51,544 nucleotides of DNA, filler included, from Actinobacteria bacterium UBA7524 (GCA_002478275.1; 5 parts of 5 records of this genome joined end to end with filler, not necessarily neighbours in it); one strand, 5' to 3'. Counted from the first letter of the whole stretch, positions 34,353 to 48,819 are shown. Notes: a model not told the origin generated them from the letters alone. Program-made: numbers and translations.

Positions 34353-37300
34353 GTGCCACGCGTACAAGGTTCCCCCGTCACAACGTCTGGCCTTCGCCAG
34401 CGCCGTACTTTTGCGAAGATTCCCGAGATACTAGAAGTCCCCAATCTCATCGCTATTCAGAGAGACAGTTTCAAGTGGTTCCTCGAAGAGGGCCTACGCG
34501 AGACGTTCTCTGATATATCGCCGATCGAGGACTTCACCGGGACGCTCGCAGTCGAGTTCGGTGGACACGAGTTCGGAGACCCCAAGTACTCCGTCGAGGA
34601 GTGCAAGGACAAGGACATGTCGTATCAGGCGCCCTTGTTCGTTGAGGTCCGCTTCATCAATCGCGAGACTGGTGAGATAAAGGAGCAGCAGGTGTTCATG
34701 GGCGACTTCCCGCTCATGACAGACCGCGGCACCTTCGTCATCAACGGCACGGAACGTGTCGTCGTCTCGCAGCTCGTCCGTTCGCCTGGTGTGTACTACG
34801 CCGACGAGCTCGACAAGACGAGCGACCGCATCATCTACACCGCAAAGGTCATTCCCGCGAGGGGTGCGTGGCTCGAGCTTGAAACCGATCGTCGTGACAT
34901 AGTCTCGGTCAGGGTGGATCGTAAGCGCAAGCAGCCTGTCACCGTCTTGGTGAAGGCACTCGGTATCGCCGAGACACGCGAGGAGATACTCGAGCTGTTC
35001 GGCGATTCGGAGTGTATCCAGCGCACACTCGACCGGGACTTCACAGAGACCCGTGAAGAAGCGTTGATAGAGATATACAAGCGCCTGCGTCCCGGCGAGC
35101 CGCCGACCGTGGAGTCGGCCCGGTCGCTGCTGGAAGGCCTGTTCTTCAACCCGCAGCGCTACGACCTCGCTAAGGTAGGACGTTACAAGGTCAACAAGAA
35201 GCTCGGTGTCGCTCTGCCTGACTCGCAGTCGACGCTGACGAACGAGGACGTACTGGCGGCCATCCGCTACCTCGTGAAGCTTTGGGAGGGTACCGAGGGC
35301 TATGACGTCGACGATATCGACCACTTCGGCAACCGCCGTATCCGCAGTGTCGGTGAGCTGATCCAGAACCAGTTCCGGATCGGCCTCGCGCGCATGGAGC
35401 GGGTCGTACGGGAGCGCATGACGACGCAGGACGTCGATGAGATCACACCGCAGTCGTTGATCAACATCCGCCCCATCGTCGCCTCCATCAAGGAGTTCTT
35501 CGGCTCCTCGCAGCTGTCCCAGTTCATGGACCAGACCAACTCCGTCGCGGGGTTGACGCACAAGCGTCGCCTGTCTGCGCTTGGGCCGGGAGGTCTGAGC
35601 CGCGAGCGTGCGGGCTTCGAAGTCCGTGACGTGCATCCGTCGCACTACGGCCGCATGTGTCCCATCGAGACACCTGAAGGTCCGAACATCGGCCTGATCG
35701 GGTCACTTGCCACATTCGCCAGGATCAACCCGTACGGCTTCATCGAGACGCCGTATCGCAAGGTGGTCAAGGGTAAGGTGACCGACGAGATCGTCTACCT
35801 CACGGCTGATGAGGAAGAGGAATTCATCATCGCCCAGGCCGCGGAACCGATCGATCCTAAGACCGGGAAGTTCCTCAACGACCGCGTGTTGTGTCTGCTC
35901 AAGGGTGGACAGCCCGAGGACATCGAGCCCGCGAGGATCGATCTCATGGATGTCTCTCCTCGGCAGATCGTGTCCGTGGCCACGGCGCTGATCCCGTTCC
36001 TGGAGCACGACGACGCGAACCGTGCACTCATGGGTTCGAACATGCAGCGACAGGCGGTTCCGTTGCTTCGGCCCGCCGCGCCGCTGGTCGGTACCGGCCT
36101 TGAGCACCGCGCTTCCATCGACACCGGGGAGATCGTGCTTGCGCGAAGGCCCGGCGTGGTCGAGTACGTCGATAGCATCAAGGTCATCGTGCGCGTCAAG
36201 GACGGCACCATCGACGAGTACCATCTCCCCAAGTTCCTTCGCTCGAACCAGGGCACGTGCATCAACCATCGCCCGATCGTGGCTGAAGGCCAGAAGGTCA
36301 AGGCCGGTGATGTGCTGGCTGATGGATCTTCGAGCGATATGGGTGACCTTGCGTTGGGGCGCAACCTGCTCGTGGCGTTCATGCCGTGGGAGGGCTACAA
36401 CTACGAGGACGCGATCATCTTGTCGGAACGCCTCGTCAAGGAGGACGTCCTCACCTCGATCCACATCGAGGAGTACGAGGTCGAGGCACGCGACACCAAG
36501 CTGGGTCCCGAGGAGATCACCCGCGAGATTCCGAACGTCGGCGAAGACGTACTCGCCAACCTCGACGAGGACGGCATCATCAGGATCGGCGCCGAGGTGT
36601 TCCCTGGCGACGTGTTGGTGGGCAAGGTCACCCCTAAGGGAGAGACCGAGCTGACCGCCGAGGAGAGACTGCTCAGGGCGATCTTCGGCGAGAAAGCGCG
36701 CGAGGTGCGCGACACGTCGCTCAAGGTACCCCACGGCGAGACCGGCCGCGTCATGGGCGTGCGCAAGTTCAGCCGCGACGCGGGCGACGACCTGTCACCC
36801 GGAGTCAATGAGCTCGTCCGTGTCTACGTGGCACAGAAGCGCAAGGTGTCCGAAGGCGACAAGCTCGCGGGACGCCACGGCAACAAAGGTGTCATCTCGA
36901 AGATCCTGCCTGTGGAGGACATGCCGTTCCTCGCTGACGGGACTCCTGTGGACGTCATCCTCAACCCGCTCGGAGTGCCGAGCCGTATGAACATCGGGCA
37001 GTTGCTCGAGACGCATCTCGGCTGGGCGGCTCACGTGGGTTGGTCGGACGATCCTAAGTCGAAAGAGCCTGTCGAAGGCCCCATGTTCGTTGCCACGCCG
37101 GTGTTCGACGGTGCGACGGAAGGCGAGATATCCGACGTGCTTGACGCCGCCAACCGCAACATGAAGGCCAAGTACACCAAGCGCTTCGGCAAGAAGGTTC
37201 TCGAGGATGCGGTTCCTCAGTTGACTCGTGAAGGCAAGGCGACGCTGTTCGACGGACGCACGGGGGAGCCATTCCGTGAGCCCGTCACTGTCGGCCAGAT

Positions 37301-37826
37301 CTACGTGCTCAAGCTACTGCACCTTGTCGATGACAAGATCCACGCTCGTTCGACGGGCCCGTACTCCCTCATCACCCAGCAGCCGCTTGGTGGTAAGGCG
37401 CAGTTCGGTGGCCAGAGGTTCGGCGAGATGGAAGTCTGGGCGCTGTACGCCTACGGAGCGGCATACGTTCTCCAAGAGATCCTCACCATCAAGTCCGACG
37501 ATGTTCTCGGCCGCGTGAAGGCGTACGAGGCCATCGTCAAGGGTGACAACATTCCCGAGCCGGGCATTCCGGAGTCGTTCAAGGTCCTCGTCAAGGAGAT
37601 GCAGTCGCTGTGCCTCGATGTCGAGATTCTCTCGGAGGACGGCGGGGAGATCGAGCTCAAAGAGGAAGAAGAGGACATCTTCAAGACCGCCGAGGAACTC
37701 GGTCTCGACCTGGGCTCAGGTGAAGGTCTGGGAACCGAGGAAGTCGACACGAACGCCCTGGAAGAGCTTATCGAAAGTGACATCTCGGCACTGGATCTTG
37801 CCGGCGACATCGACGAGGAGGAGTAA
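34353..37826 (+). CDS. rpoB: RNA polymerase beta subunit
   Basis: [44 protein letters not shown]; start placed after AGGAGG. Confidence 0.98.
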   Translation: MPRVQGSPVTTSGLRQRRTFAKIPEILEVPNLIAIQRDSFKWFLEEGLRETFSDISPIEDFTGTLAVEFGGHEFGDPKYSVEECKDKDMSYQAPLFVEVRFINRETGEIKEQQVFMGDFPLMTDRGTFVINGTERVVVSQLVRSPGVYYADELDKTSDRIIYTAKVIPARGAWLELETDRRDIVSVRVDRKRKQPVTVLVKALGIAETREEILELFGDSECIQRTLDRDFTETREEALIEIYKRLRPGEPPTVESARSLLEGLFFNPQRYDLAKVGRYKVNKKLGVALPDSQSTLTNEDVLAAIRYLVKLWEGTEGYDVDDIDHFGNRRIRSVGELIQNQFRIGLARMERVVRERMTTQDVDEITPQSLINIRPIVASIKEFFGSSQLSQFMDQTNSVAGLTHKRRLSALGPGGLSRERAGFEVRDVHPSHYGRMCPIETPEGPNIGLIGSLATFARINPYGFIETPYRKVVKGKVTDEIVYLTADEEEEFIIAQAAEPIDPKTGKFLNDRVLCLLKGGQPEDIEPARIDLMDVSPRQIVSVATALIPFLEHDDANRALMGSNMQRQAVPLLRPAAPLVGTGLEHRASIDTGEIVLARRPGVVEYVDSIKVIVRVKDGTIDEYHLPKFLRSNQGTCINHRPIVAEGQKVKAGDVLADGSSSDMGDLALGRNLLVAFMPWEGYNYEDAIILSERLVKEDVLTSIHIEEYEVEARDTKLGPEEITREIPNVGEDVLANLDEDGIIRIGAEVFPGDVLVGKVTPKGETELTAEERLLRAIFGEKAREVRDTSLKVPHGETGRVMGVRKFSRDAGDDLSPGVNELVRVYVAQKRKVSEGDKLAGRHGNKGVISKILPVEDMPFLADGTPVDVILNPLGVPSRMNIGQLLETHLGWAAHVGWSDDPKSKEPVEGPMFVATPVFDGATEGEISDVLDAANRNMKAKYTKRFGKKVLEDAVPQLTREGKATLFDGRTGEPFREPVTVGQIYVLKLLHLVDDKIHARSTGPYSLITQQPLGGKAQFGGQRFGEMEVWALYAYGAAYVLQEILTIKSDDVLGRVKAYEAIVKGDNIPEPGIPESFKVLVKEMQSLCLDVEILSEDGGEIELKEEEEDIFKTAEELGLDLGSGEGLGTEEVDTNALEELIESDISALDLAGDIDEEE

Positions 37827-37829
37827 CAC

Positions 37830-40800
37830 GTGCTCGACGTCGACGTGAACAATTTCGATCGTCTGCGGATCGGTCTGGCATCTTCGGAGCAGATCCGTCA
37901 GTGGTCACGTGGTGAGGTCAAGAAGCCCGAGACCATCAACTACCGCACGCTCAAGCCGGAGAAGGACGGGCTCTTCTGCGAGAAGATCTTCGGTCCCACC
38001 AAGGACTGGGAGTGCTACTGCGGCAAGTACAAGAGGGTGCGCTTCAAGGGCATTGTCTGCGAGCGCTGCGGTGTCGAGGTCACACGGGCAAAGGTCCGCC
38101 GTGACCGCATGGGTCACATCGAGCTGGCCGCCTCCGTGAGCCATATCTGGTACTTCAAGGGTGTTCCGAGCCGGCTCGGCTACCTTCTCGATATCGCCCC
38201 GAAGGATCTTGAGAAGGTACTCTATTTCGCATCCTCCATCATCACGAGCGTCAACGATGAGGACCGCGAGACGGATCTGACCATGCTCAAGGACGAGCTT
38301 GCCGCCGATCTCGATGGACTCGACGCCGAGAAGGCCGAAGAGATCGCTGCGATCACCGAAGAGAGAGATCGGTTGATCGCCGTTGCCAAGGGTGAGATTG
38401 AGCCGGAAGAGGGCGATTTCGTCGACGAGGACGTCTCGGCCGCCGATCGTGTCAAGAAGCTCGACAAGGAAGCCGAGCGCGACATCAAGGACATCGAAGA
38501 GGAGTATGCGGATCGTCGCAGCCTCTATCAGGATGCGTTCGACACCTTCGTGAAGCTCAGCCCCAAGATGCTCATCAACGACGAAACGCTCTATCGTGAG
38601 ATGAAGAGTCGTTATGGAGACTACTTCCGGGGTGGCATGGGAGCCGAAGCGGTCAAGGACCTCCTCCAGCAGGTCGATCTCGATGCTCTGGGCGAGGAGC
38701 TTCGCACCCAGATCCGCGATGGAAAAGGTCAGAAGAAGGCCAAAGCGGTCAAGCGCCTCAAGGTCGTTGCGGCCTTCAAGGGGTCGAAGAACCGGCCTGA
38801 GTGGATGATCCTAGACGCCATCCCTGTGATCCCGCCGGACCTGCGCCCGATGGTGCAGCTCGATGGTGGCCGCTTCGCGACCTCGGACCTCAACGATCTT
38901 TACAGGCGCGTGATCAACAGGAACAACAGGCTCAAGAGGCTGTTGGACCTCGGTGCGCCTGAGATCATCGTCAACAATGAGAAGCGGATGCTGCAGGAAG
39001 CGGTAGATGCGCTGTTCGACAACGGTCGTCGTGGACGCCCGGTCACAGGACCCGGCAACCGCCCGCTCAAGTCGATCTCGGACATGCTCAAGGGCAAGCA
39101 GGGGCGGTTCCGCCAGAACCTGCTTGGAAAGCGAGTCGACTACTCGGGACGTTCGGTCATCGTGGTCGGTCCCGAGCTGAAGCTTCACCAGTGCGGTCTG
39201 CCTAAGACGATGGCACTCGAACTGTTCAAGCCGTTCGTCATGAAGCGGCTCGTCGACCTGGACCAGGCGCAGAACATCAAGAGCGCCAAGCGTATGGTGG
39301 ACCGAGGTCGCGCTATCGTCTGGGACGTACTTGAAGAGGTCATCAGGGAGCACCCGGTCATGCTGAACCGGGCACCCACCCTGCACAGGCTGGGTATACA
39401 GGCCTTCGAACCTGTACTCGTGGAAGGCAAGGCCATCCGCATCCATCCACTCGTGTGCACGGCGTTCAACGCGGACTTCGACGGCGACCAGATGGCGGTT
39501 CACGTACCGCTGTCCGCCGAGGCGCAGGCCGAAGCACGTATCCTGATGCTGTCGACCAACAACATCAAGTCGCCAGCGCACGGACGCCCGTTGACCACCC
39601 CGACCCAGGACATGGTCATCGGTCTGTACTATCTGACCGCCGCCCGTGAAGGGATGCCGGGAGAAGGCAGCGCGTTCGCGTCCTTCGACGAGGCGTTGCT
39701 CGCTTACGACAGTCGTGCCGCCTTCGGGCCTGCGGATTCGGAGCAGCCTTCGCCGACGAGCAGCTTGCTCGATCTTCAGGCACTCATCACCGTGCGGCTC
39801 TCCCAGGACGTCGTCGAGGAGTACCGTGACGACGCCGGACAGATCGTGACGCGTGACCTGAAGGCGGGCGAGCGCATCGATACGACAGTCGGCCGCATCA
39901 CTTTCAACCGCTCTATGCCGGCCGATCATGTGTATATCAACCATGAAGTGGACAAGAAGGGCATCTCTCGCATCGTCGAGGAATGCGCCAACACGTATTC
40001 CACCAACGAGATAGCGAGTATCCTGGACGAACTCAAGAGGCTCGGGTTCCACTATGCTACTCGGGCCGGCCTTACCGTGTCCGTCTACGACGCGGTCATT
40101 CCGGCGAAGAAACCCGAGATCCTTGCCGCTCGCCAGGACGAGGTCGACGGTATCGACCAGCAGTACGACCGGGGTCTCATCACTAAAGATGAGCGTCATC
40201 GACAGATCGTGGAGGTCTGGACTCGGGCGACCGACGAGGTCGGCGAGGCCATGGCCGAGAACTTCCACAAGTTCAACCCCATCTACATGATGGCCAACTC
40301 CGGTGCCCGCGGTAACATCAAGCAGATTCGTCAGCTTGCAGGCATGCGAGGCCTGATGGCGAACCCGAAGGGCGATATCCTGGACAGGCCCATCAAAGCC
40401 AACTTCCGAGAGGGTCTGTCGGTGCTCGAGTATTTCGTCTCGACGCACGGCGCGCGAAAGGGCCTTGCCGACACAGCGTTGCGCACCGCTGACTCCGGGT
40501 ACCTCACCCGTCGTCTGGTGGACGTCGCGCAGGATGTAATCGTCCGAGAGAGTGACTGCGGTACCGATGAAGGCGTGCCCTTCCCGCTGGTGCCGGAGAG
40601 CGGCATGAACGATGTCGACGGCAATCTGGTGGGACGCTGCCTCCTGGAACCTGCCGCCCACCCCAAGACCGGGGAGGTACTCAAAGAAGCGGGCGATTAT
40701 CTGACCAGCGAGGACGATATCCGGCGCCTGCTCAAAGCCGGCCTTGAGTCGGTCGTTGTGAGGACCGTGACCACTTGTCACGCCAAGCACGGCATCTGCC

Positions 40801-42143
40801 AGGCTTGTTACGGCTGGGATCTGGCGAGCCGTAGGCCGGTGGACATCGGGACGGCCGTAGGGATCATCGCCGCGCAGTCGATCGGCGAGCCGGGAACACA
40901 GCTCACCATGCGTACCTTCCATACTGGTGGCGTTGCGGGTGAGGACATCACTCACGGCCTTCCTCGCGTCACCGAGCTCTTCGAGGCCCGCAAGCCCAAG
41001 GGTGAGGCGGTCCTGGCGGACATCTCGGGTGTCTTGACCATCGAGGAGGCGGAGAAGTCCCGCAAGCTCGTCGTCACCGATGACAAGGGTCACGAGAAGG
41101 CGTACACCGTCTCTCGCCGCGCGCGCTTGCGTCGTGGTGTCGAAGAAGGCTGCAAAGTCGCGGTGGGCCAGCAGCTCACCGAAGGGTCGGTCAACCCGCA
41201 CGACCTGCTGCACCTCAAGGGTCCGAGTGACGTTCTGCGCTACATCGTGACGCAGGTCCAGGAGGTCTATCGTTCGCAGGGCGTCGACATCAACGACAAG
41301 CATATCGAGGTCATAGCGCGACAGATGCTGCGCAGGATCCGTGTTGACGAAGCGGGTGACACAGGATTCCTGCCCGGACAGATGGTGGATCGCGCTGGCT
41401 TTGATGAGGCGAACGAGACGGTGATCGCCGAAGCCGGTGAGCCGGGTGTGGGGTCACCCATCCTGCTCGGTATCACGAAGGCTTCGCTTGCGACCGACAG
41501 CTACCTCTCTGCGGCATCGTTCCAGGAAACGACCCGCGTTCTTACCGATGCGGCGATCGCCGGCAAGGAGGACAACCTCCTGGGTCTCAAGGAGAACGTC
41601 ATCATCGGCAAGCTCATACCTGCTGCGACCGGGATGAAGCGCTACCGCAACGTCCGTCTCACCTACAAGGGCAAGGAAGCGGAGTGGGACGCCGAGGCTC
41701 CCGGTCCACTGCCGGAATTCGCTCCCGATGAACTCAGGGAACTTGAAGCCATGCTTCCCGGGCCTGCGATCGCAGATGATGCTGCAGGTCTGACGCCCAG
41801 TGAGGCGGCAGCGTTCTTCGCGGATCTCGAAGCGGGATACGCGGACGACGAAGGCGCGGATGTGTCGGGTTACACCGATACCGTGTTCGAGCCAGAGCCC
41901 GAGCCCGAGGCCGTTCCGGTGTCGGAGACCGAAGGCGGGAACGAGATCACCTCGGACACCTCCTTGACTGAACTGGGCATACCGATCCGCATCGAGAAGG
42001 CTTTGATAGCGGCAGGGTTGACCACGGTAGGCGAGATCGCTGCCAGGTCGGAAAGCGACCTGCTGGCGATAGACGGAATCGGCCCCAAGGCGGTCGTCGA
42101 GGTACATGAGCGTTTGGCGGCAGCGGGAGTAACCATTCCCTGA
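37830..42143 (+). CDS. rpoC: RNA polymerase beta-prime subunit with acidic linker and C-terminal alphaCTD-like HhH domain
   Basis: NADFDGD, Zn-binding motifs, actinobacterial-type N-terminal coiled-coil insertion, extended C-terminus. Confidence 0.98.
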   Translation: MLDVDVNNFDRLRIGLASSEQIRQWSRGEVKKPETINYRTLKPEKDGLFCEKIFGPTKDWECYCGKYKRVRFKGIVCERCGVEVTRAKVRRDRMGHIELAASVSHIWYFKGVPSRLGYLLDIAPKDLEKVLYFASSIITSVNDEDRETDLTMLKDELAADLDGLDAEKAEEIAAITEERDRLIAVAKGEIEPEEGDFVDEDVSAADRVKKLDKEAERDIKDIEEEYADRRSLYQDAFDTFVKLSPKMLINDETLYREMKSRYGDYFRGGMGAEAVKDLLQQVDLDALGEELRTQIRDGKGQKKAKAVKRLKVVAAFKGSKNRPEWMILDAIPVIPPDLRPMVQLDGGRFATSDLNDLYRRVINRNNRLKRLLDLGAPEIIVNNEKRMLQEAVDALFDNGRRGRPVTGPGNRPLKSISDMLKGKQGRFRQNLLGKRVDYSGRSVIVVGPELKLHQCGLPKTMALELFKPFVMKRLVDLDQAQNIKSAKRMVDRGRAIVWDVLEEVIREHPVMLNRAPTLHRLGIQAFEPVLVEGKAIRIHPLVCTAFNADFDGDQMAVHVPLSAEAQAEARILMLSTNNIKSPAHGRPLTTPTQDMVIGLYYLTAAREGMPGEGSAFASFDEALLAYDSRAAFGPADSEQPSPTSSLLDLQALITVRLSQDVVEEYRDDAGQIVTRDLKAGERIDTTVGRITFNRSMPADHVYINHEVDKKGISRIVEECANTYSTNEIASILDELKRLGFHYATRAGLTVSVYDAVIPAKKPEILAARQDEVDGIDQQYDRGLITKDERHRQIVEVWTRATDEVGEAMAENFHKFNPIYMMANSGARGNIKQIRQLAGMRGLMANPKGDILDRPIKANFREGLSVLEYFVSTHGARKGLADTALRTADSGYLTRRLVDVAQDVIVRESDCGTDEGVPFPLVPESGMNDVDGNLVGRCLLEPAAHPKTGEVLKEAGDYLTSEDDIRRLLKAGLESVVVRTVTTCHAKHGICQACYGWDLASRRPVDIGTAVGIIAAQSIGEPGTQLTMRTFHTGGVAGEDITHGLPRVTELFEARKPKGEAVLADISGVLTIEEAEKSRKLVVTDDKGHEKAYTVSRRARLRRGVEEGCKVAVGQQLTEGSVNPHDLLHLKGPSDVLRYIVTQVQEVYRSQGVDINDKHIEVIARQMLRRIRVDEAGDTGFLPGQMVDRAGFDEANETVIAEAGEPGVGSPILLGITKASLATDSYLSAASFQETTRVLTDAAIAGKEDNLLGLKENVIIGKLIPAATGMKRYRNVRLTYKGKEAEWDAEAPGPLPEFAPDELRELEAMLPGPAIADDAAGLTPSEAAAFFADLEAGYADDEGADVSGYTDTVFEPEPEPEAVPVSETEGGNEITSDTSLTELGIPIRIEKALIAAGLTTVGEIAARSESDLLAIDGIGPKAVVEVHERLAAAGVTIP

Positions 42144-42263
42144 AGTACCCTCAGGTAGACACGGTCGGCCGGGTGGCCTTCAAGGTGCCCGGCCGATCTG
42201 CATGTCCCGACCGGGATGCGGGAGAGACTGCGTTATTGATAGATACGCCCGGATGCGTGGCGT

Positions 42264-42292
42264 TTGACATGCTTGGGGAGCCCTGATAGAGT
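42264..42292 (+). promoter_or_regulatory. sigmaA-type promoter of the str operon
   Basis: TTGACA-17 nt-TAGAGT with TGn extension. Confidence 0.7.
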
Positions 42293-42382
42293 TGCAGCTT
42301 GTGGCTCTATCCTCGGCGGCCTGTATTGACAGTCCGGGCTGCCGCGATGAAGTGAAACCGTAGGGGAAAGAAGGAGAGCGCG

Positions 42383-42754
42383 TTGCCCACGATCAATCAA
42401 CTGGTCCGTAAGGGCCGCAAGGCGAAGGCGACCAAGAGCGCGACACCTGCCCTCAAGGGCAACCCGCAGAAGCGGGGAGTGTGTACTCGTGTCTACACGA
42501 CGACCCCGAAGAAGCCGAACTCGGCCCTTCGCAAGGTCGCGCGTGTGAGGTTGACCAACCAGATGGAGGTCACGGCATACATCCCTGGCATCGGCCACAA
42601 CCTGCAGGAGCACTCGATCGTGCTCGTGCGTGGCGGTCGAGTGAAGGATCTGCCGGGCGTGCGGTACAAGGTTATCCGCGGGACTCTCGATGCGGCCGGT
42701 GTCAGCGACCGCAACCAGGCCCGTTCGCGTTACGGTGCAAAGAAGGCCAAGTAG
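42383..42754 (+). CDS. rpsL: 30S ribosomal protein S12
   Basis: [35 protein letters not shown] start. Confidence 0.98.
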   Translation: MPTINQLVRKGRKAKATKSATPALKGNPQKRGVCTRVYTTTPKKPNSALRKVARVRLTNQMEVTAYIPGIGHNLQEHSIVLVRGGRVKDLPGVRYKVIRGTLDAAGVSDRNQARSRYGAKKAK

Positions 42755-42821
42755 GGAGTTCAGACACCGCCGTGCCGGACGATACGGCGCGGAGGTCTCG
42801 ATGATGCGAGGAGCGTAGAGA

Positions 42822-43292
42822 ATGCCCAGGCGTGCAGCAGCGACCCGGCGCGAGATCGCGCCAGACCCTGTATACAACAACCGTCTCGTCACGCAGCTGA
42901 TAAACAAGGTGCTCTGGGACGGGAAGCGTTCAATCGCCGAGCGGATCGTCTATGACGCGTTCGCTATCGTCGAGCAGAAGCTCGGCTCGGATCCATTGGC
43001 CGCCTTCAAGAAGGCGATGGACAACGTCCGTCCCACGCTCGAGGTTCGTCCGAAGCGTGTAGGTGGAGCGACGTATCAGGTACCCGTCGAGGTCAACTCC
43101 CGCCGTTCGACGACGCTGGCGATACGCTGGATGGTCGGATTCGCGCGCGGTCGTCGCGAGAAGACGATGGCCGAGAGGCTCGCGGGCGAGATCATGGATG
43201 CCGCGAATGGAACCGGCGCCTCGGTCAAGAAGCGCGAGGACCTGTACAAGATGGCCGAATCCAACAGGGCGTTCAGCCACTACCGCTGGTAG
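42822..43292 (+). CDS. rpsG: 30S ribosomal protein S7
   Basis: [19 protein letters not shown]. Confidence 0.98.
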   Translation: MPRRAAATRREIAPDPVYNNRLVTQLINKVLWDGKRSIAERIVYDAFAIVEQKLGSDPLAAFKKAMDNVRPTLEVRPKRVGGATYQVPVEVNSRRSTTLAIRWMVGFARGRREKTMAERLAGEIMDAANGTGASVKKREDLYKMAESNRAFSHYRW

Positions 43293-43352
43293 CGGCGGAG
43301 CGTTTTTCACTGAGTCTCAGGACGCGATAGGGAAGCAGAGGACACTACCCGA

Positions 43353-45446
<2,094 letters not shown>

Positions 45447-45459
45447 GGGCTGAGAGAAG

Positions 45460-45722
45460 ATGGCGAAGAAGAAGTTCGAACGCACCAAGCCGCACGTGAA
45501 CATCGGTACCATCGGTCACGTCGACCACGGCAAGACCACCCTTACGGCTGCGATCACACGCACGCTGTCCGAGAAGGGATGGGCAGACTTCACGCCGTTC
45601 GACCAGATCGACAAGGCCCCCGAAGAGCGCGAGCGCGGTATCACGATCGCGATCGCCCACGTCGAGTACGAGACGGAGAACCGTCACTACGCACACGTGG
45701 ACTGCCCGGGTCACGCCGACTA
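45460..45722 (+). CDS. tuf: elongation factor Tu, 5' fragment
   Basis: [34 protein letters not shown]. Confidence 0.97.
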
Positions 45723-45822
45723 NNNNNNNNNNNNNNNNNNNNNNNNNNNNNNNNNNNNNNNNNNNNTTAATTAATTAANNNNNNNNNNNNNNNNNNNNNN
45801 NNNNNNNNNNNNNNNNNNNNNN

Positions 45823-45845
45823 GCCAGTATCCGTGCGCCTGCCAT
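45823..45845 (-). CDS. start of a truncated gene, possibly a response regulator receiver
   Basis: GAGG SD then MAGARILA..., directly downstream of cheR; only about 7 codons visible. Confidence 0.3.
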
Positions 45846-45928
45846 ACCCTCAGTCTCCCTCCCGCTTCCGGCGACTGGCGACCCGCAAGGGAGCCGCACG
45901 CGACCGGACCGTCATTGGTAAGGCCGCC

Positions 45929-47449
45929 TTACGTCGAACCCATCGCCTTTCGACACTCTAGCAGAGAACGCTCGCACGTCTTTGCCAGCAGATCCGCCTG
46001 GAACCCGCCCGAGAACTCGGTCCAATCACCCTCGGGGCTCTTCTTCAGCGCCTTGAGTGCGTTCTCGTATTCCTTGGCCGCCGCCTGCCACTTGCGCTGC
46101 GCCTTGTAGATGTTGGCAAGGTTCAGATGCGCGAGCGCGAAATCTGCATCGATGTAGATCGTCTTCTTAAGCTCGCTGATGGCATGGACCTGATCGCCCT
46201 GGCGCTGGTAGATGATGCCGAGGATGTAGCGGGCCACCGGGAGCAAGGGATTGATCGCAAGCGCACGGTGGCATGCCGCGAGCGCCTCGTCGTACTCACC
46301 GGAGTCCGCGTGGACGTACGCCGACAACAGATGCGCCTCGGCGTTGTTTGGATCGGCCTTCAGGATGCGGGCTACGAGTGCGGTGACCTCGGCAGGCTGT
46401 CCCTCGCGAAGACGCGCCCGCGCGATCTCCAGCAGTTCCGCCGGGGACGACGCCAGGTCCTCGGCCGGCTCCCTCGGAAGGACCGCCGGTACCTCGGCCG
46501 CGTCAACCGCCCGGCCGGTCCGGCTGCGAGCCGCGACAGACCTGGGAGCGGGCGCGGCGGCGCCGGGAGACGGCGACTGGCCGAACGTGAACAGGCGTCG
46601 TGACCGCGGCTTCCGGTAGAGGAACACCCCGCCAGTCTCGATGGCTTCGAAGTCCTCGTTGATCGAGGTGAGCGTCTCGGAGTGGCCAACGAAGAGGTAT
46701 CCCCCCTCGTTGAGGCTGTCGTAGAAGTTGGAGACCACCCGGCGCGTCGATTCCAGGCGGAAGTAGATGGTGACGTTGCGGCAGAAGATGACGTCCCAGT
46801 TGCCCATCAGAGACAGCGGATACGGCTCCTTGATCAGGTTGTGGTACCCGAAGTCCACCAGTGACCGGACGCGGTCGTTGATCCGGTAATCGCCTTTGGG
46901 CGACGGGTCGTAGTGGCGCCTGACGACGTCCGCGGGAACGTTCATCATGGCGCGCTTCCCGTACACGCCGGCCTTCGCGTGTGCAAGCGCCTTGGTCGAG
47001 ACATCGGTGCCCAGGACCTGCGGTTTCCAGCCGGAACCCTGCAGGCCCATGTCGATCAGTGTCATGGCGACGGAGTACGGCTCCTCGCCGGTCGAGCAGC
47101 CGGCCGACCAGCACCGCAGCACGCGGCTGGTTGCCGGCTTGGCCGCCATGATCTCGGGCAGCACGCGCTCCCTGAGCGCGTCGAACTGTTGCGGGAATCG
47201 GAAGAAGCTGGTCTCGTTGATGGTGACCAGGTTCAGCAACTCGTTGAACTCGTGCTCGTCTCGCTCAAGCGCCGAATAGTACTCCGTAAGATTCTTGTAG
47301 CCGAGCCGGGTGGCGCGAGTGACTAACGAGATGCGCAGCGAGTCGAGTTTGGACTCCTCCAGGTAGATGCCCGACTGCCGATGCAGCAGGTCGCGGAAGC
47401 GCCTGAACTCCTCCAGGGTGAGATCTTTTGCGAGACTCTCGTTCAGCAC
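45929..47449 (-). CDS. cheR: CheR-type methyltransferase with C-terminal TPR domain
   Basis: TINETSFFR, WSAGCSTGEEPYS, GTD, DVIFCRNV.IYF, GYLFVGHSE, then TPR repeats; start approximate. Confidence 0.93.
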   Translation of the reverse strand: MLNESLAKDLTLEEFRRFRDLLHRQSGIYLEESKLDSLRISLVTRATRLGYKNLTEYYSALERDEHEFNELLNLVTINETSFFRFPQQFDALRERVLPEIMAAKPATSRVLRCWSAGCSTGEEPYSVAMTLIDMGLQGSGWKPQVLGTDVSTKALAHAKAGVYGKRAMMNVPADVVRRHYDPSPKGDYRINDRVRSLVDFGYHNLIKEPYPLSLMGNWDVIFCRNVTIYFRLESTRRVVSNFYDSLNEGGYLFVGHSETLTSINEDFEAIETGGVFLYRKPRSRRLFTFGQSPSPGAAAPAPRSVAARSRTGRAVDAAEVPAVLPREPAEDLASSPAELLEIARARLREGQPAEVTALVARILKADPNNAEAHLLSAYVHADSGEYDEALAACHRALAINPLLPVARYILGIIYQRQGDQVHAISELKKTIYIDADFALAHLNLANIYKAQRKWQAAAKEYENALKALKKSPEGDWTEFSGGFQADLLAKTCERSLLECRKAMGST

Positions 47450-47471
47450 GACCGCTCCAGCCTCCCGGAGA

Positions 47472-48209
47472 TCACGCCGTGACCTCATCACCGAGGCGCT
47501 CGATCAGTCCGGCGGCGTACATGCCGTACAGAATCTTCGCGGTCTCGAAATCGTTGTAGCCCGTGAGCTCCACGAGCTCGCGCACGGACCGGCCACCGTG
47601 CAGATAGCACAAGAGCATCCACTCTCGAGGCTTGAGGTGAATCTCCATCGACTTGTCGCCGGGCGCCCCCGCCATCACGAACTCGGTATCCAGGGACGGA
47701 ATCTTCTGCCTGATGCGGCTCCACAGTTCGAGACGTCGTGACGCCTCCATGATGATGTTCTCCACTGACACGGCAACGCCGATGTCCTCATCATCACACG
47801 TCTCATCGGGCTCGAAGCGCAGCTCGCCCTCCTCCCAGCGGAAGAGGTCGAACAGCGTGTCGTTGATCTGGTCCTGGATGAACGCCTCGAGCACCCGGCC
47901 ATCGAGATAGCCCTCATCCACGAGGATCTGCCCGAGCCGACGCCCGGCCTTCTCCTTCTTCTGGATCTTCTGCAGACCGAGGGCCTGCCGGAGTTGCTTC
48001 TCGGAGATGACGCCGGCCTTCACCAGCCTGCGCCCGAGCGATTCCCGATGCCAGTTGGAGCTGGCGAAGAAGACGCGCCCCTTCTTGAAGCAGACCTTGC
48101 CCTGCGCATCGGCGCGCTCCAGGTACAGCGTGCCGGTCTTCCGCCCGGACGCAAGCAAGCGGAACATGTCCGCCAGTGAGAAGTCTCTCAGGTTCCCCTC
48201 GAGGGCCAC
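47472..48209 (-). CDS. DUF4388 (PatA N-terminal-like) domain protein
   Basis: ALEGNLRDFSLADMFRLL...KTGTL, LG..LV..G.I...QL..AL..Q, LF.WEEG...FEP. Confidence 0.85.
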   Translation of the reverse strand: MALEGNLRDFSLADMFRLLASGRKTGTLYLERADAQGKVCFKKGRVFFASSNWHRESLGRRLVKAGVISEKQLRQALGLQKIQKKEKAGRRLGQILVDEGYLDGRVLEAFIQDQINDTLFDLFRWEEGELRFEPDETCDDEDIGVAVSVENIIMEASRRLELWSRIRQKIPSLDTEFVMAGAPGDKSMEIHLKPREWMLLCYLHGGRSVRELVELTGYNDFETAKILYGMYAAGLIERLGDEVTA

Positions 48210-48401
48210 GAACGACACTCCCGTGATCGATGCCGCTGGACGGAGCGCGCGAGCGCAGCCCGCATGGGGCTGCGCGCCAATCGTAGCACGCCCGCTGGAG
48301 TGCTCAAACCGCGGTCCCTCACGCCGTTCACCGATAGATGTGACGTTGGCTTGTGAAACCACTTGCTAAAGTCCTTAACCTGTCTTACCGTTATCTCCAG
48401 T

Positions 48402-48421
48402 ACATTCGCATATTCGAATGT
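48402..48421. promoter_or_regulatory. palindromic operator, probably for the adjacent ArsR-family repressor
   Basis: ACATTCG-CATATT-CGAATGT immediately before the SD; contains ATTC-N8-GAAT. Confidence 0.65.
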
Positions 48422-48434
48422 TAGGGAGATGATG

Positions 48435-48764
48435 ATGGAGGACGCCGAGTTCTATTGCCTGCACTCGGAACTGTGCAAGACCCTCGCTAACGCGAAACGC
48501 CAGATGATCCTCGGATCGCTTCGTGCCGACGAGCTGACCGTCTCGGAGTTGCAGGAACGAACGGGAATCCCCCAGGCCACACTCTCCCAGCACCTTTCGA
48601 TCCTCCGCTCGGCCGGAGTGGTGCGAACCCGTCGCGATGGCAATCGCGTGTACTACGCGATCACCAACCCCAAGATCATCCAGGCGTTCGACCTGATCAC
48701 CGAGGTCATGCAAGAGACGCTCGAGCACCGCAAGGGCACGGTTGATGGCGCAACGGAGGTCTGA
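48435..48764 (+). CDS. ArsR/SmtB-family transcriptional regulator
   Basis: KTLANAKRQMIL, LTVSEL, QATLSQHLSILR..GVV..RRDG.RVYY; three consecutive ATG start options (48429-48435). Confidence 0.92.
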   Translation: MEDAEFYCLHSELCKTLANAKRQMILGSLRADELTVSELQERTGIPQATLSQHLSILRSAGVVRTRRDGNRVYYAITNPKIIQAFDLITEVMQETLEHRKGTVDGATEV

Positions 48765-48819
48765 ACGCGACCGGACAACCGGACGCGAGGAACACGAAAC
48801 CGCACACGAGGAGGATGTC

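Noticed and set aside
38811..41303. Long antisense ORFs (830 aa opposite rpoC; also opposite nrdJ, livK, livG, rpoB and the DsrK-like gene)
   Set aside because: These are shadow ORFs caused by high-GC codon bias on the coding strand and have no motifs.
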